A stretch of 64,000 nt of DNA from Camelus ferus (lineage: Eukaryota), in NCBI RefSeq assembly GCF_009834535.1, contig NC_045697.1:109680001-109744000 (forward strand). The letters run 5' to 3'. A model generated the notes under the pieces. The model had not been told where the DNA came from. It did no database searches and saw only the letters and a list, made by a program, of their open reading frames with translations. Made by a program: the position numbers and the translations under genes. This document shows positions 25,560 to 38,525 of the stretch, piece after piece. Positions within the stretch are counted from its first letter, which is position 1, and each line of letters opens with the position of its first letter.

Positions 25560-27330
25560 CTCAGCGCTCGAAGGCATCACGGGCCCTAACACACTCTGGC
25601 CCTGGCGCCGGGCCTCTGGAGTGTGTACTCTCAGAGAGGGGCTGGTGCGGGGCACGAGGGGCTGGCAGAAAGTGCGCCAGGTAGGCAGCCTGGGATGGGG
25701 TGGGGGTGGAAGGCAGAAGAGGAAGTCTTGGCAGAATTGGCTCCTCCATTCTACCCACGCCAGCGGGCACCGTGCTGAGTGCGGGGTGTACAGAGGCGAA
25801 CAAACAGGCCGGCTTCTGCTCTCGCGGAGTTGAAGTGCCCTGTAGGACTGCAAATAGTAAGTTCACAGCTGTAAACCTGGACTAGGGTGCCAGCAGAGAG
25901 AAAGTGTGTGTGTGTGTGTGTGTGAGGTGGGGCTCCTCTCCCCTAATCGCCCCCAATTTCCCCTTGAGGCAGATCGTCTCCTCCTCCTCAGGCCCCCTGG
26001 CTGGGTGGCGTTGCAGATCCAGAGGGAATCCCGGGAGAGCAAGCCCGCCAGGCTTCTTTCATATGTAAGGTGGGCGCATTGTTATTACTTCCTGGCCACT
26101 TCGAGCCGTCCGTAGGCTCCGGCCGCAGCTTCTCTATTTCCCTCCTTCCGGAAGATGCTTTGGCTTTGGCGATCCCCCGGGCCTCAGTCGCCTGGCTCGC
26201 TATGTGGTCCCACTGCTTAGAGGAGGGGGTTAACGTGGGGTGACGAAACCCCACTCTGTGTAATCTCCTACCCTCTCCTGGCCGTGAACACACCAGGGAA
26301 ATCGCCTCCTGGAAGGAGAGCATCTTTTGATTCTGACCCAAGTAATCTGGGTCCCTAAAAGCCCAGTTTGCGTCTTTTCTCCTTTGACGCCGGGGCTCTC
26401 AGGGGAAAGAGCCGGGGCCGGTAGCAAAAGGCCGCTCTTCGGCCGAATCGGTCCTGGGCCTTTTTGTGTTTGACTAAAGCACTGAGATGCTTAAAAGCCC
26501 CGCTCCCCAGTACCAACTACTTCGCAAATAAACCCCCGGTAAAACGGAAGCACATCGAACCAAACAGCTAATCAGAGCCTGAGCTTTGAGAGATGCTAAG
26601 ACTTGGGCCCGGGATTGGGATGAGGGCCCTCAAACCTCCACCGCCCCCAGGCCCAACGCCCTCCCCTGGGTCGCCTCCGCTTCTCAGACCCCCTCGGGGC
26701 TCAAGGAGCTCGAGGCACAAGGAGCCGGAAGCCGGTGGGGTTGGTTTGAGGCGGTGCGCGGCAGAGTACCAAGGAGAGGTTGGGGGCCCAGGCGTCCCTG
26801 GGTCCGTGCGGCCAGAGGCACTGTTTCGGGAGCCCACGCGGCCCCGCTGGACGCCAGGGGGCGCCGAAAGCCGCTCTAGGGGTTCCATCTCGGCCGCGCC
26901 CAGTGTCCCGCTCCCGCCGGCCGGGTTCCGGGGTAGCGGCCCTTCCTTGCACCCGCGCCACCCGGCTTAGACCTCACTCTGCTTGAGCTGCGTCTTCCTT
27001 TCTCACCTCGGGTCGTGCCCTACTCTCTTTCCTTTCCGCCGCTAGTGGCGCCGGCCAAGCGCGTGCGCATGCAACAGGCGCGCCCGCGGGACCAGCTGAT
27101 GGCAAGGCAACAGCAGAATAACCTTTTACCGAAGCTGGGACGCGAGCGCGTACCGCTGTCGTTAAGAGCGCACAGACGCAGATGCTTGGTGACCAGCGCG
27201 TCTGCCCATCTCGGGTAGGTGTGCCATCGCAGAGAGATGCGCGCACGTGGTGCAGCCCCTTGGCGCCTTCCTTAACCCGGACTCCTGCGCTCCGTGTTGG
27301 CCCTTGGGCCTATAGGTCTCCTCTGAGCCT
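25560..27330. promoter_or_regulatory. Upstream CpG island block
   Basis: CpG-dense, especially 26700-27300. CTCF-like motif 26848-26866, NRF1-like GCGCGTGCGC 27059-27068, E-box CACGTG 27244-27249. Confidence 0.75.
25904..25924. repeat. (GT)n microsatellite
   Basis: About 10 GT units. Confidence 0.9.
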
Positions 27331-27610
27331 TGCAATTTATCAAAATCCGCCAAAGGCTTTTGTTTTCACAAATGGAGAGTGAATTACCACCCTTACCTCC
27401 CCACCCACCCACTCAGCCCCACTCTCCTGGAGTCCATTTAGTACTTGCCGGTTTTAGGAACACCAACTATTCGCCCAAACCCAGGGTAAGTAATGGTGGG
27501 TGCCCACTCATCTAAGGATTGAAGTACCCAGCCAGGCTACCTGCTTGAAGGGGTGTCCCATGGGTCCCAGGTGCTGGGGTTGGGCCCCCCTCCCCAGGCC
27601 CCGCCACCAC

Positions 27611-27640
27611 CACACACACGCACGCGCGCGCGCGCACACG
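27611..27640. repeat. (CA)n/(CG)n alternating pyrimidine-purine tract
   Basis: cacacacacgcacgcgcgcgcgcgcacacg. Confidence 0.9.
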
Positions 27641-28469
27641 GAGTGAACCACTTCCCACCTGAATGCTGCAGGCCTGATGATCTCGGCAACCAGTGTTCTG
27701 GCTTTGGCCCCGCTTGTCTGTTTGTTTTCTGTAGTCAAGGCACTGAAGAATCTTGAGGCACAAAGAAAGTTTCTGCCAAATCTCTCCAGAACAATTCGGC
27801 TGCTTGGTTAAACCTTTGCTGGCTGCAAACTGTTTCTGGGCAGGCAGGACCCTAACTCTCATGCTTAGAGATTCTGACTGTGGCGGGGGCAGGGGTGGTC
27901 TCCAAGCCCTGGGCTGCCGACCCCTCGGTCTGTGCTGCCTGGGCGGAGAGCAGGGGAAACAGCTTCTCAACCCCATTCACGAATAGTAGGGTATAGACGT
28001 TCAGACTCATTTCCGAGAGGGAGTGCAACCACGAAGGGGGAGAACGGCACGTGTAATAAGCCGACGTCTCCGTTCTCCTAACCCAGCACAGGTGGCGGGC
28101 AACCTCGAATTGGAAACAAGCTTCGTAGCCCCCGCATGTCCACACCACTGACCTGCCCTTCCTTTAGATTGTAAAGCTTGTCTTTCGACACTGTCTATTA
28201 AAATGTACGGCCTCTTGGGCTGTAAGCCTTTGCAACTGTTCGTGGAGGGGAAGGATGCAGTTTCAGAGGGCAGGCCTGGAGCGCCCCGGGGAAACACAGA
28301 GAAGGACAACCCGCGCCGACGACGCCTAACAGACTGGCCAAGGGTCCCCGGAAATCACCTCTGGCAAGTGGATGTGATTATTACTGTTTTGCAAATAAAT
28401 GGTCACGAGGAAACTGAGGCACATTGGGATTAAGTGACTAGAACCTGGTCACACAACGTAAGGCACAGC

Positions 28470-29600
28470 TACTGGTGTTGCATGTGCCTCGGCTGGGTGA
28501 CGCTTCTGAACGGGCGGCTGTGGCGATGCATCCTGAACTGTTGGGCGACCAGGACAGCGTGGTTTGTTTGGCTTTCATCCCCTCACAGGCCGCCCGGGTG
28601 GGTGACGTCTCCTCCTCCTGGGACTGTGGACCCTGCCCTTCTCTGCTCCCCAGGGACGGAATGGTGAGCCAGCCCCAGCGTCTTTCGTAGGATTCGCGGC
28701 AGCCATCTGGGGGCGCCATTACCCAAAACAGATGGTTTCCCCAGCCCCTTTTAGGGTTGCAAATCAGCTTCTTTCACTCTATGGAGGCTCTGAGATCTTT
28801 TATATTTTTTACACTTTGGGCGTGAGGCTGGGTTTTTTCTTTTTTAATGTGTAGCGGGGAAGGGGTTACCTTGTTCTCTCGCCTTCGGCGCTCCCGGCAC
28901 CCGCACCCGCTAGGACACCGACTGTGGCTGGACAGGAAGGTACCCGGCGCAAACGCGCGCGGGGCAGGTGCCCGCAGCTCCCCTGCCGCGCACTCTGCTT
29001 CCCTCGGGCCCTCGGACCCCAGGGGTTCAGATGCGGATTTTCGATGCCGGGGTCCCGGCTTGTGACCGCAGAGCGTCTGTCTCACATTTAAAGAAAAGTC
29101 AAGGCTGAGCGCAGTTTACCAACTGCTAACCCGAGCTCTCGCGCGTATCTCCTTCTTTTAAGGTTTAAGGGGCCGGCGGCCCCAGGTCGGAGCTGGAAGA
29201 GCAAACGAAGGGTCAGGGAGGCTCTGACTCGGCGGCTGCGGGAGCCGTAGGGGAGGCCCGGCGCTGGCGGTGCCCACTGTCCCGGTCCCCGCCGAGGCCG
29301 GCGCGGGGCCCAGGGCCCCCTTTTCTCCTGGCGAGCCGGCCGAGAAAGCAGCCGGGAGGGGCGGCGGAGACCAAGACTGTGGTCGGCGCCCTGCCGGAGC
29401 CCTGGCGCGGGGCGCAGGGCGATGGTTCCCTGCAGGCGAAGCAGAAGCGGTTCCCGGACCCTCCCTGCCGGTCACCTGGCCGAGAAGGAGCCCCCCGGCG
29501 AGAGCCGTAATTGCTTGAGTCTGTGTGAGCTCTGGTTGGGGGCAGGAGGTGGTGCTCAAAGTCACTGGAACCCCTCATTCCCGAGGCATCTGCGAACCCG
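28470..29600. promoter_or_regulatory. Distal upstream CpG island block
   Basis: CpG-dense 28870-29510; CTCF-like motif 28700-28718. Confidence 0.7.
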
Positions 29601-31902
29601 CTCTTTGAGAAAAGTCTGCAGGCACAGGATGTGGATACTTTTGGGGCTCAGTAAAAAATGACTGAAAAACAGTTGCTCCAAAATGGCAAAAAAAATTGTT
29701 TTTTTTACACGTACAGTGATAATCTACTAGTGCAACAGATCATTTTCTTGCTCTTCCCCAGTCCCTGGAGTGTTTTATTCAAAGCTGACTTGGGATGCAC
29801 TGAGAAAGCTGTTTGACAGGATGCTTCTCTCAGGAACAGCTAGAGGCACATTATGGAGGCTGTCTGTCTCGGAAGAGACCAATTTCCGTTTCTTCTCTTG
29901 TTCTATTTCTTCCCTTACCCTAGACATTTTGGGAATAAGGATGGAGCTAGGACATGGCATGTCCTACTTGCAGCCCTGGCTACTTCTGCTTCAAAACAAA
30001 AACAAGCAAAAGAAAAAGAAAAAGAAACAAAACTCCTGGGGTGATTCAGTGGCATGGACCTCTGGGAAAGAGATTCTATTTCTGTTCAGTGCAGGTATCC
30101 TCACCAGCAGATACTTGTTTAGAGCATAAAGTCTCAAATTTGCTGGACCAGTATTAATTTCTTGGTCTCAGGGGCTCAAAAACTAGAAATTAGTGTCACC
30201 TGCATACATCTAGTCCACTCGCCACTCTTGCTTAAAGAAATCTTTCCTGCGCATGCCTCATATGCAAAGAACCCTGTGGATACTTTCTCTCTACTTTCCC
30301 CTGCTCATTTCTTCCCAATTTCCCCATCTGTGTCTGAGATCCCAGTAGTTTTTGCTCACTGATGTGTTGCAACTGCTGATGAGGCTCTTGAAATGAAGCA
30401 TCTCCTAATTGCTCACATTAGGAAATCCTGAATGGAGACTGCAAAATCCCAAGGCCATTCACAGAGGGCGGTCCAGAAGCCACAGAGTGTCTCTGGGAAG
30501 AAAGACCTGCTCCATTGTCTGATTTGAACAGCAGGGGTCAGTGGCTAAGCTGGTGTTTCACTCTGGTAGGAATTTATTACCATCAGATAAGAGCACAAAG
30601 TCAATACAATAAAGCCTGCTGGTTCTAAAGCAACAGATGGAATCTGAGTTCCTGCACACAAGTACGATCTTTCCAGAGGCAAATCCCGGAATAAAAAGCC
30701 CTTTGTCATTCTTGTTGAACTGACTTTTAGGGATACCTTTCCATATGCGGTGTGTGTTTGTCTGTCTGTTTGGGTCTTTCTCGTGGTAGATTTTTATGTT
30801 GCCCAAACTGACACGTTTGTCAGCTTTGTTAAAGTGATTCATTCTTTTATGACATCCTCAGCTTCAGTAAGTCAGAGGTATTCCCAGCAACAAATAGATC
30901 TGTAAATTAGAAAAAAAGCATTTGTTTCTGGTTGACTTAGGCTAATAGTATAACCTGGAATTTCAAACTAGATTCCAGGTTATACTAGTCAAACTATAGT
31001 GTAACCAGGTTATACTGTTTCAAACTAGAAATTCCAGCATATCCACACTCAGCACAATGACTGAATTCACTGGCACTAGATGTCAACAAAGTTTCATTAG
31101 CATGCCAAATATTTCTTAATAGCTTGTAAATCTCCAGTGGTTCAATGGGGAGTGAAATATTACAGAGAAATAACACTTCCAAATGTTAAATTGGGTTTCT
31201 GGGAGATGGCCAGTCTGTGAAGTGTTTGGTGATCATCTTGACCATGTTGTCCAGAGCTTTGCTGTTTTCCCTTAGTTTCCTTGAAATCTTAATTAATTAA
31301 AGAAATTTATAACAAGTTCTGCCCTGGAAGAAAACAAAGAGTGCTTTTATGAGCACAGTTAATTTATTATTATTTGTGCTAGTTCGGAAACGCTTTCCAT
31401 GCCCAAGTTTGTCTGGATTATCGCTTCAACTTGAGCAAGATTATCTGATGTCTTCTTTTATCAATTGTTTTCTTAAATCTTGATAACATGTTTTTAACGC
31501 TATGCCGTTTGGTATTATTAAGTTGAAACTTTTACTTCTTATGCTAATTATCATTCCATTCAGAGCAGCTGGGTGTGGTGGTGGTAAAATTTGCGGAGGT
31601 GGGGAGGTTGTCAAACTTGCTTGTACTCTGTCTCAAACCATGTTTCTTTCATTTGGAATTTTTTTATTTTATGTGAAAGAGTGTATTATTCCCTAGGATA
31701 TTCTCATGGTCTCTGAAAGACTTGGACAAGTAGTCACTGAATTTTTTCCATGGAATGTTACCATGTCAGCACAGACAGGACAACTATTCTGTCCTGCTCT
31801 TCTCTTTAACTGTAGGTGATGTAATTTATAGACCAATGCCTTAAGGCATTCCTCAAGTTTCTTGGGATTTAATTCCATCCATCCAGTCAAAAGATTATTG
31901 GG

Positions 31903-32078
31903 AAGAAATTTCTGTCTTTTTTGGTGCGGAGAGCACGTAATTAAGGGAACTATATTCAATACCTATCATAAAGAAGAAGATGAAAACAATGATAGGTTTG
32001 TATATGTAGGACCGAAACATTATGCTGCGCACCAGACATTGACACATCGTAACTGACTATACTTCAATTAAAAAAAAA
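31903..32078 (+). mobile_element. Short L1 3'-end insertion with TSD
   Basis: agggaactatattcaatacct...gactatacttcaatt + poly(A); 14-bp TSD AAAAGATTATTGGG at 31889-31902 and 32079-32092. Confidence 0.88.
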
Positions 32079-32364
32079 AAAAGATTATTGGGCCTCTACC
32101 CCGCATGGTGGGAATAATCAAAAGGTCTCCACCTTTAAAGGGTTTGTACTTTAGTATTTGTAGGTAAAAGTAAAATTTTCACTTCCCTGCATTTAGCATA
32201 TTTCTGAGGATAAAGACTTCTCCCCATTACATTTGGATAAAGGGTTGTGACGGCTCTGAAGAGCCTCCTAAAGTGAAATATGTGCTTCTGGGGAAAGGAA
32301 AAACAAGGCCAAGGCTAATGATGCATTTGCATGCAGTTCATGTCCGAGAACCTTAGTTACCTTC

Positions 32365-32556
32365 TTTTCTTTGGTTTTTTATTGTTTTTTTTTTTTTTAA
32401 ATTAAAAAAATTTAAACTTTTTTCGGGGGGAGGTAATTAGGTTTATTTATTTATTTGTTTGTTTATTTGTTTATTTTTATGGAGGTCCTGGGGATTGAAT
32501 CCAGGACCACGTGCCTGCTAAGCATGCACTCTACCACTGAGCCAGACCGTTCCCCC
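32365..32556 (-). mobile_element. Camelid SINE (Vic-1-like)
   Basis: ggaggtaattagg(ttta)n...ggggattgaatccaggacc...ctctaccactgagcca. Confidence 0.88.
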
Positions 32557-34281
32557 GAATTGGTTGCTTTTTGAATTGTGATAGAGTATAGTCATAAGCC
32601 TCATTAGAAAGCAGACCATCAGAAAAACCTCCAGTAAAGATCTTGAGAGGAACAGATGTTCCTTGCTTTTGAATAAGACCAGCTTAAACTAACAAAAGGA
32701 GATTGCATTCTGCCAGTTTATGAATTTACTTTCAGAGGAGAATATTCTGTGTCTAAAAACCCTCAACTGTAATAGATACATGGTAAATTCTCATTAACCA
32801 CTAGGTAAGTGACGTATCCTGCACCGTTGCATCTCCCAAATCAACCGCACACAACTGGATAGAAGACTGGAGGAATGAATTGAAAATTAAATTGAGTTAA
32901 TATGAAACTTTCATTTTTACCCATGGATTGTTCCCCCACCACCATGCTTGTTGTTTGTAAAAGTAATGCATGTAAAAAATTCTGGCAACACAGAAAATTA
33001 TAAAGAGGAAAGTGGAAATCTTTTAATTTCATTGCCCAGATCTATAAAAATGACAGACATAGCTACATTTTTCTAACTTAAGAGAAAATACATCTACACA
33101 AAGCTTTATAAAAATGCAATCAAATGATATACTGTTTGTAACAACTTTCCATAGGTCAACAAATGTAGATCTATGTCATAGTAATAATTACCTTTGAATA
33201 TAGTAGTCAAACTACATTGAATTTCCTGAATGAATTCTTCTGCACTGTTTTCTTTCCAGCTTCTTACCAGTTCATGAGTGGCCCTGCTTGCATAGTGACT
33301 GAATTATACCTATCATGATTAAGATAGGTCTGGGTAAGCACCTCACTGTGCAGATTTCTCCCAGCCTAGAAATTTGATGGTAATATCTTCTGGCATTTGG
33401 ACTGGTTGGCCACAACTCAGAAGCTGTTTCTCTCATATTTCCCAATATGATACTTCCCATATCAACTTGGTTGAAAAGAGGAATTTTAGATTTGCAAGGA
33501 AAAAAGAAAAAGCAACAGAGATTTTCTTCTAACCTCAAAAATGGCGTGGTTAGAATTTGAGAAGGGTGAGCTCTTATTTTTCTGAGCCATTTTTTCCCAT
33601 TCATGTATTTCCAATATCCCTTTGTGCAGAGAAGAATGTACTTTGGGAACCAGCACTTTCTGGTTCTTGGAGAGGCTTGGAAGGCTCAGTTCTGCCTACC
33701 ACGAGGGTGATGGACGAGGGAGGTTAGGGGAGGTTGAGTCATGGCTCAGGGTTTGTTGCTTCATGGGTTTACGTTTTCTGGGAGAACAATGTGTTCACTC
33801 TCAGGTGGGTGTAGTTTTGGAAGGAGACAGTGTCAGAAGATGTCTGTCCCACTCATATGAGTGATGCTCCTTCTGTTTACAGAGTGTGTGCCCAGAGGAC
33901 CTCCTATAAGGACCTTCATGCTGGCATGAAATAGGTGGATGCTGTTTGCTATGTTGCGTCTGTCTATACTCTAATTCCAGAATTAACTGAGTTAAAACAG
34001 GTTTGATTTACAACATATAATGAACTATCCTTTATGGGCAAGGATGGTCCTATTGAATATTAATCACTAAGATCCGTGCCATCACTTGCTTTTATAGAAG
34101 TAAAGGGAATGCACACTTATTTACACAAATTATCTTCCCCAGTTTTCCTTATAAACACACTTACTTTCAAGATGGCAGGGTTAAAATGATGTTTGGCCAT
34201 TGGGCAAAAAAAATGGACTAGTTTACTCAGGAAATACACATACATTTTAGTATGTTGCAAATCAGGAATCACATACAACGC

Positions 34282-34700
34282 TGTATCAGTCAGGATAGGC
34301 TAGGTTTTGCTGCTGTAGCAATCGTCACCAAACCACAGAAGTTTGCCTTCCACTAATGCAAAGTGTGTTGTGGGTTGGGGAGGTGGGGGGAGCTTCCAGA
34401 GCAGCTGTTTTCCCAGCTCAGCATTCCCAGATGCTTTCTTTTTTGTCATTTCCATATCAAGATGTGTTCCCATAATCACTCAATAAGCAGAGAGAGGACT
34501 GGTGAAGCCATTATCGGAAGTTACAGACTTCCATTGGGAAGTGATCCATGTCACTTTCACTCACATTCCATGGGCCAAAATAAGTAGGAAGGCCACCTCT
34601 AACTTCAGAGGGATTGAAGAGGGGCCCTCCTGCCCCGTGGCTGGAAGTGGAGAAGAATTGGATTATCAGGGGATGGTTGTCCCACCTATCACATATATGT
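34282..34700. mobile_element. MLT1-type (MaLR) LTR relic
   Basis: tgtatcagtcaggataggctaggttttgctgctgtagcaa...tcacattccatgggccaaaataagt. Confidence 0.65.
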
Positions 34701-35734
34701 ACACATGACGTATCTAATTCCATGCTTTGTACGGTGCTTAACTTGCTATTGCTGATCAGTAAATGTCAAGTAATTTGAGTAAATACTGGTAAGGTTTATA
34801 GATTGATGTGTTGTAACGTTGCGGTTAGTGAAAAAATTGACAACTGGAAAATTAGTACATGAACATTTTTCCAGGGTTATGCTTTGACTTGTATGAGAGA
34901 AGAATTACATGACACCAAGCTAGGCTATGATCTGATTTCACTGCGTTTATAACTAGCACTGTCAACGAAGAAATAAAAATGGACCACTGTTAGGAGGGCT
35001 AGAGAAATAGAAGTCTGCTCCCTGAAAGTGAGAGGCCTGTGCTGATGGGTGCTATAAAAGTCCTTCTACATTTCCAATTGGCAGTTTTAACGAGATCCTG
35101 TAGGCATTTCCAATAGGAATGCCTGTAGGAAATAAGACATATATGCTTTAAAATACATTTCCATTATATCGCTGAGAAAGAGAGCGCTTTCCCTGGGAGA
35201 ATGCAATCTGGGAGAGTAAAACTTTTTTTTAAAGAAATAAAATGACTTTCTGAATTAATTTCTTTTCATAAAATAAAATCCTTGAGCAAACTGAAATGTA
35301 TTGGGGCTACAGCCAGGAATACAGATTATGATATATTTTGTATAACACACGTTACTGGTCTTCATGGATTAGATTTTTTATTTTGGTGGCCTTTTGTGGT
35401 GATCTGGCTATGAAAATATGTTCAATGAAATGTACATTGCCAGGAAATTAGAGAAAGATTGAGGTAAGGAAGATAAAGGAACCCTCCCTCTGAGTGATTT
35501 CAATGCTCTTGTTTTCCAGGGAATGAGGAATGCCAAAAAGAACAGGCTTTAAGACTCCCCAGGGGAGGGGAGTCAGAGTCTTTCTTGTCACAGAGCAGGC
35601 GTGAGGATTACAGATGTTCTGTTAGATTCTCTCCAACTGGGTTGAAGAGAAAGCAAATCTCTTGGCTGAATTTGAGCTACATATATGGTTGTGGGGAGAG
35701 ACCAGCTTCTCCCGGGCTGATTCCTGGGATAGGT

Positions 35735-35860
35735 TGATGACTGAGACTCTGACCACATTCAAATCTGACTCCAATGTTTTGCAGCTGTGAGATCCTGGAC
35801 AGGTTGCCTAACTTCTCCTTGCCTCAGTTTCTCCGTCCGTTAAATGTATCCTACTGCATC
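35735..35860 (+). mobile_element. MIR relic
   Basis: ttcaaatctgactcca...agctgtgagatcctggacaggttgcctaacttctccttgcctcagtttctcc. Confidence 0.7.
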
Positions 35861-38031
35861 TAGCAAGGGTAAAGGAACAAAACACTCAGCAGATGAAGCG
35901 CTTTGTGGAAGCGCTGTTTACTGTCTTTGTTCTGCGAGGTAGTCATTAGTGCATCATGTCAGCCAACTCTGCCCCCGGAGACTTCCTCTGGGAACTTATC
36001 CTGGGGATGTCATGCAGCGTGAAAAGACTTGCCCTGGCCACAAATAAAGCCCCGAATCATTAGGAGAGTTGGAGCGCCACTCAGCTGTGAAGGACCCAGT
36101 CAGGAGCAAACCCCACGCCCGCATCCCAGGAAGAGGAGAAAAAATCCAGCTCACACTTCATGCACGTTCACAAGACAATCAAGACAATCAGACTCACTCA
36201 ATTGAAAAGAGATCTAATTCCTTAAAAAAAATGTTGTTACTGTTGTTGGAATTTGAATTTGCAGTCAAAATGCTATTTCAAACTAGATGACAGGCAGTTG
36301 AAATATTAACTGAGGGAAACAGTTTTGGCGCTCCGAAAAAAACCCTTGTAATTAATCTTCACTGGTAATCTCCTTGGAGTAACCATTACTAATTAGAAAC
36401 ATGTCCTGTCAGCCTATCCAGATTCAAGGCGTGGGGATGGCAGGAGTATATTCTTTTTTGTACCATCAGCCACAGCCCCACGACTAAGTGGTAGGTTTTG
36501 CATACAGCAAGTGTATAATCCATGTAGTTTGTTATGACTCTGCGGTGAGCGTGGAACAGAAAATCCTAGACTTTAGGCACAGAGAAACCAGAAGGGGTTC
36601 CTGGAATAGAGCCCTTCCCTTTCCCAATCACATGCTGCCATTGAGACACAAGCCAAGCGGAAAGAGTGAACTTGGTTCTGACAGTCTGGCCCAGCATCCT
36701 GGCCCTCAACCTTCTCCTTCCAAAACAGTAGACAGTGCTCCTAGAAAAATGATTCAGACCACGTAAGTGTCACGTTGGAAAATCCATCAGGGCAATGGGA
36801 CTAGTATTTTGCAGATAAATTCACACTGAATATAATTCTCTGAACAAAGACATTCAAATCTCTTTGAGCACAGATGATGCAATTCTCAGTTCTCCATTTT
36901 TATCCCCACACTATCATGCTGACCAACAAAGTTCCATTAATCTATCACCTGCTCTCTTAGAAGGCTCACATGCTTAGACGTACTATTTTACTATAGTGAC
37001 TAAAACTTGATGTGACTTTTTAAAAATCGTGGTAAAGTAGGTATAACCTTAACTTTACCATTTAATCCTTTTGAAAGTGCACAGTTCAGTGACATTAAGT
37101 ACATGTAATAACTTTTTAACCAAAGTGCCTTTCACATTCTGGGGAGTTTGTTAGCATTTTTATCAAAGGGAGGGTTCAGAAGAGCAAGGACACCCTTATC
37201 ATTTAAGGGGGTCTCTCAGCAACAGCTTTATAAAATGATGACTTAGGAAATAGAATGTATTGCACAAAAAGAATATGTTGTATTAGCAATAGTCATTGTT
37301 TATGCTATTCTTTTCTCTTAATGGGAATTGGTTAGACTGGCTAATAACTGTGACACAGGTCACAGTTCCCTGAGCTGAGCATTCTCCTTACAACCAACAA
37401 GAGTAGATGCAGATCTGCCTGACTCTTGAGCCTGATGGAAGATTCTAGAATACTTGTAACCGCAGCTGTGCAAAGATCATCTTACCTCTCTGTGACCCTG
37501 ACAGTACAGGCAGGGGTTTGTTACCCTCCTTCTTCCCACCTGGAAAGGCAACTCCCAGCCCTTTCCCTCCCATTTGGTAAAATCTGATCACATTGGTCCC
37601 TCAACTTCCATTTCCAAAAAGTGGGCAAAGGATAATGGCAGCAGTAAGAGACTGTGCGTTTGAGAAATTAAGGAGCCAAATGAAGAAGGGCCAGAGGGAG
37701 TCAAGGGAAAGTATTTAAATGTGCTTTTGTTTTGTTTCAAATTTCTACGCTAGGAGACCCCAAAGTATACTTGATGATGGAAGTGATAATTGTCTTCCAC
37801 AGAGAAGCTGAAGTTTGGAGAGAAAAATGATACAATCTAAGTGTTGGAAAGACATTCAAGACCAAGTGGTCTGTTCTCCCACCCAGCAGGGTGTCCCTGA
37901 CCGAGATTCACCCAGTGTCTCCTTGAACCCACACGGGATGGGGGACTCCCTCATGAGCTCTTTTACAAGATCCTCTAACTCCCTTCACTGTCTCCTGCGT
38001 CCATCAAGCAACCCCGGTGTAGGGAAGGATG

Positions 38032-38525
38032 CTGTGTTAGTTGGCTGCGGCTGCCATGATGGAATACCATTGACTCGGTGACTTAAACAACAGAAATGTC
38101 TTTTCTCACACTTCTGGAGGCTGGAAGTCCAAGATCAAGGAGGCAGCAGGCTTGGTTTCTGGAGGCCTCTCTCCTTGGCTTACAGATGCTACCCTCTTGC
38201 TGCCTTTTCATTTAGTTGTCCTTCTGCACACACACTCCTGCTATCTCGTCCTCATTTTAAAAAGAAGATCTTTATTTAGTTTTGCTAGGTTTCTTGAGGG
38301 GAGGAGGTAATTAAGTTTATTTATTTATTTGTTTATTTATTTATTTATTTATTTATTTATTATTTTTTAATGGAGGTACTGGGTATCAGACCTAGGACCT
38401 CATGCATTCTAAGTACACGATCTACCACTGAGCTATAACCTCTCTGTCTTCCTCTTCTTGTGACACTGGTCATATTGGAATAGAGCCCCACCATAATGGC
38501 TTCATTTTTATTTAATCACTTCTTG
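38032..38525. mobile_element. MLT1A/B-like MaLR LTR interrupted by a SINE
   Basis: ttaaacaacagaaat...ttctggaggctggaagtccaagatcaagg; resumes after the SINE with gacactggtcatattggaatagagcccc. Confidence 0.8.
38265..38444 (-). mobile_element. Camelid SINE (Vic-1-like) with (TTTA)n tract
   Basis: ggaggtaattaag(ttta)n...atggaggtactggg...ctaccactgagctata. Confidence 0.85.
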
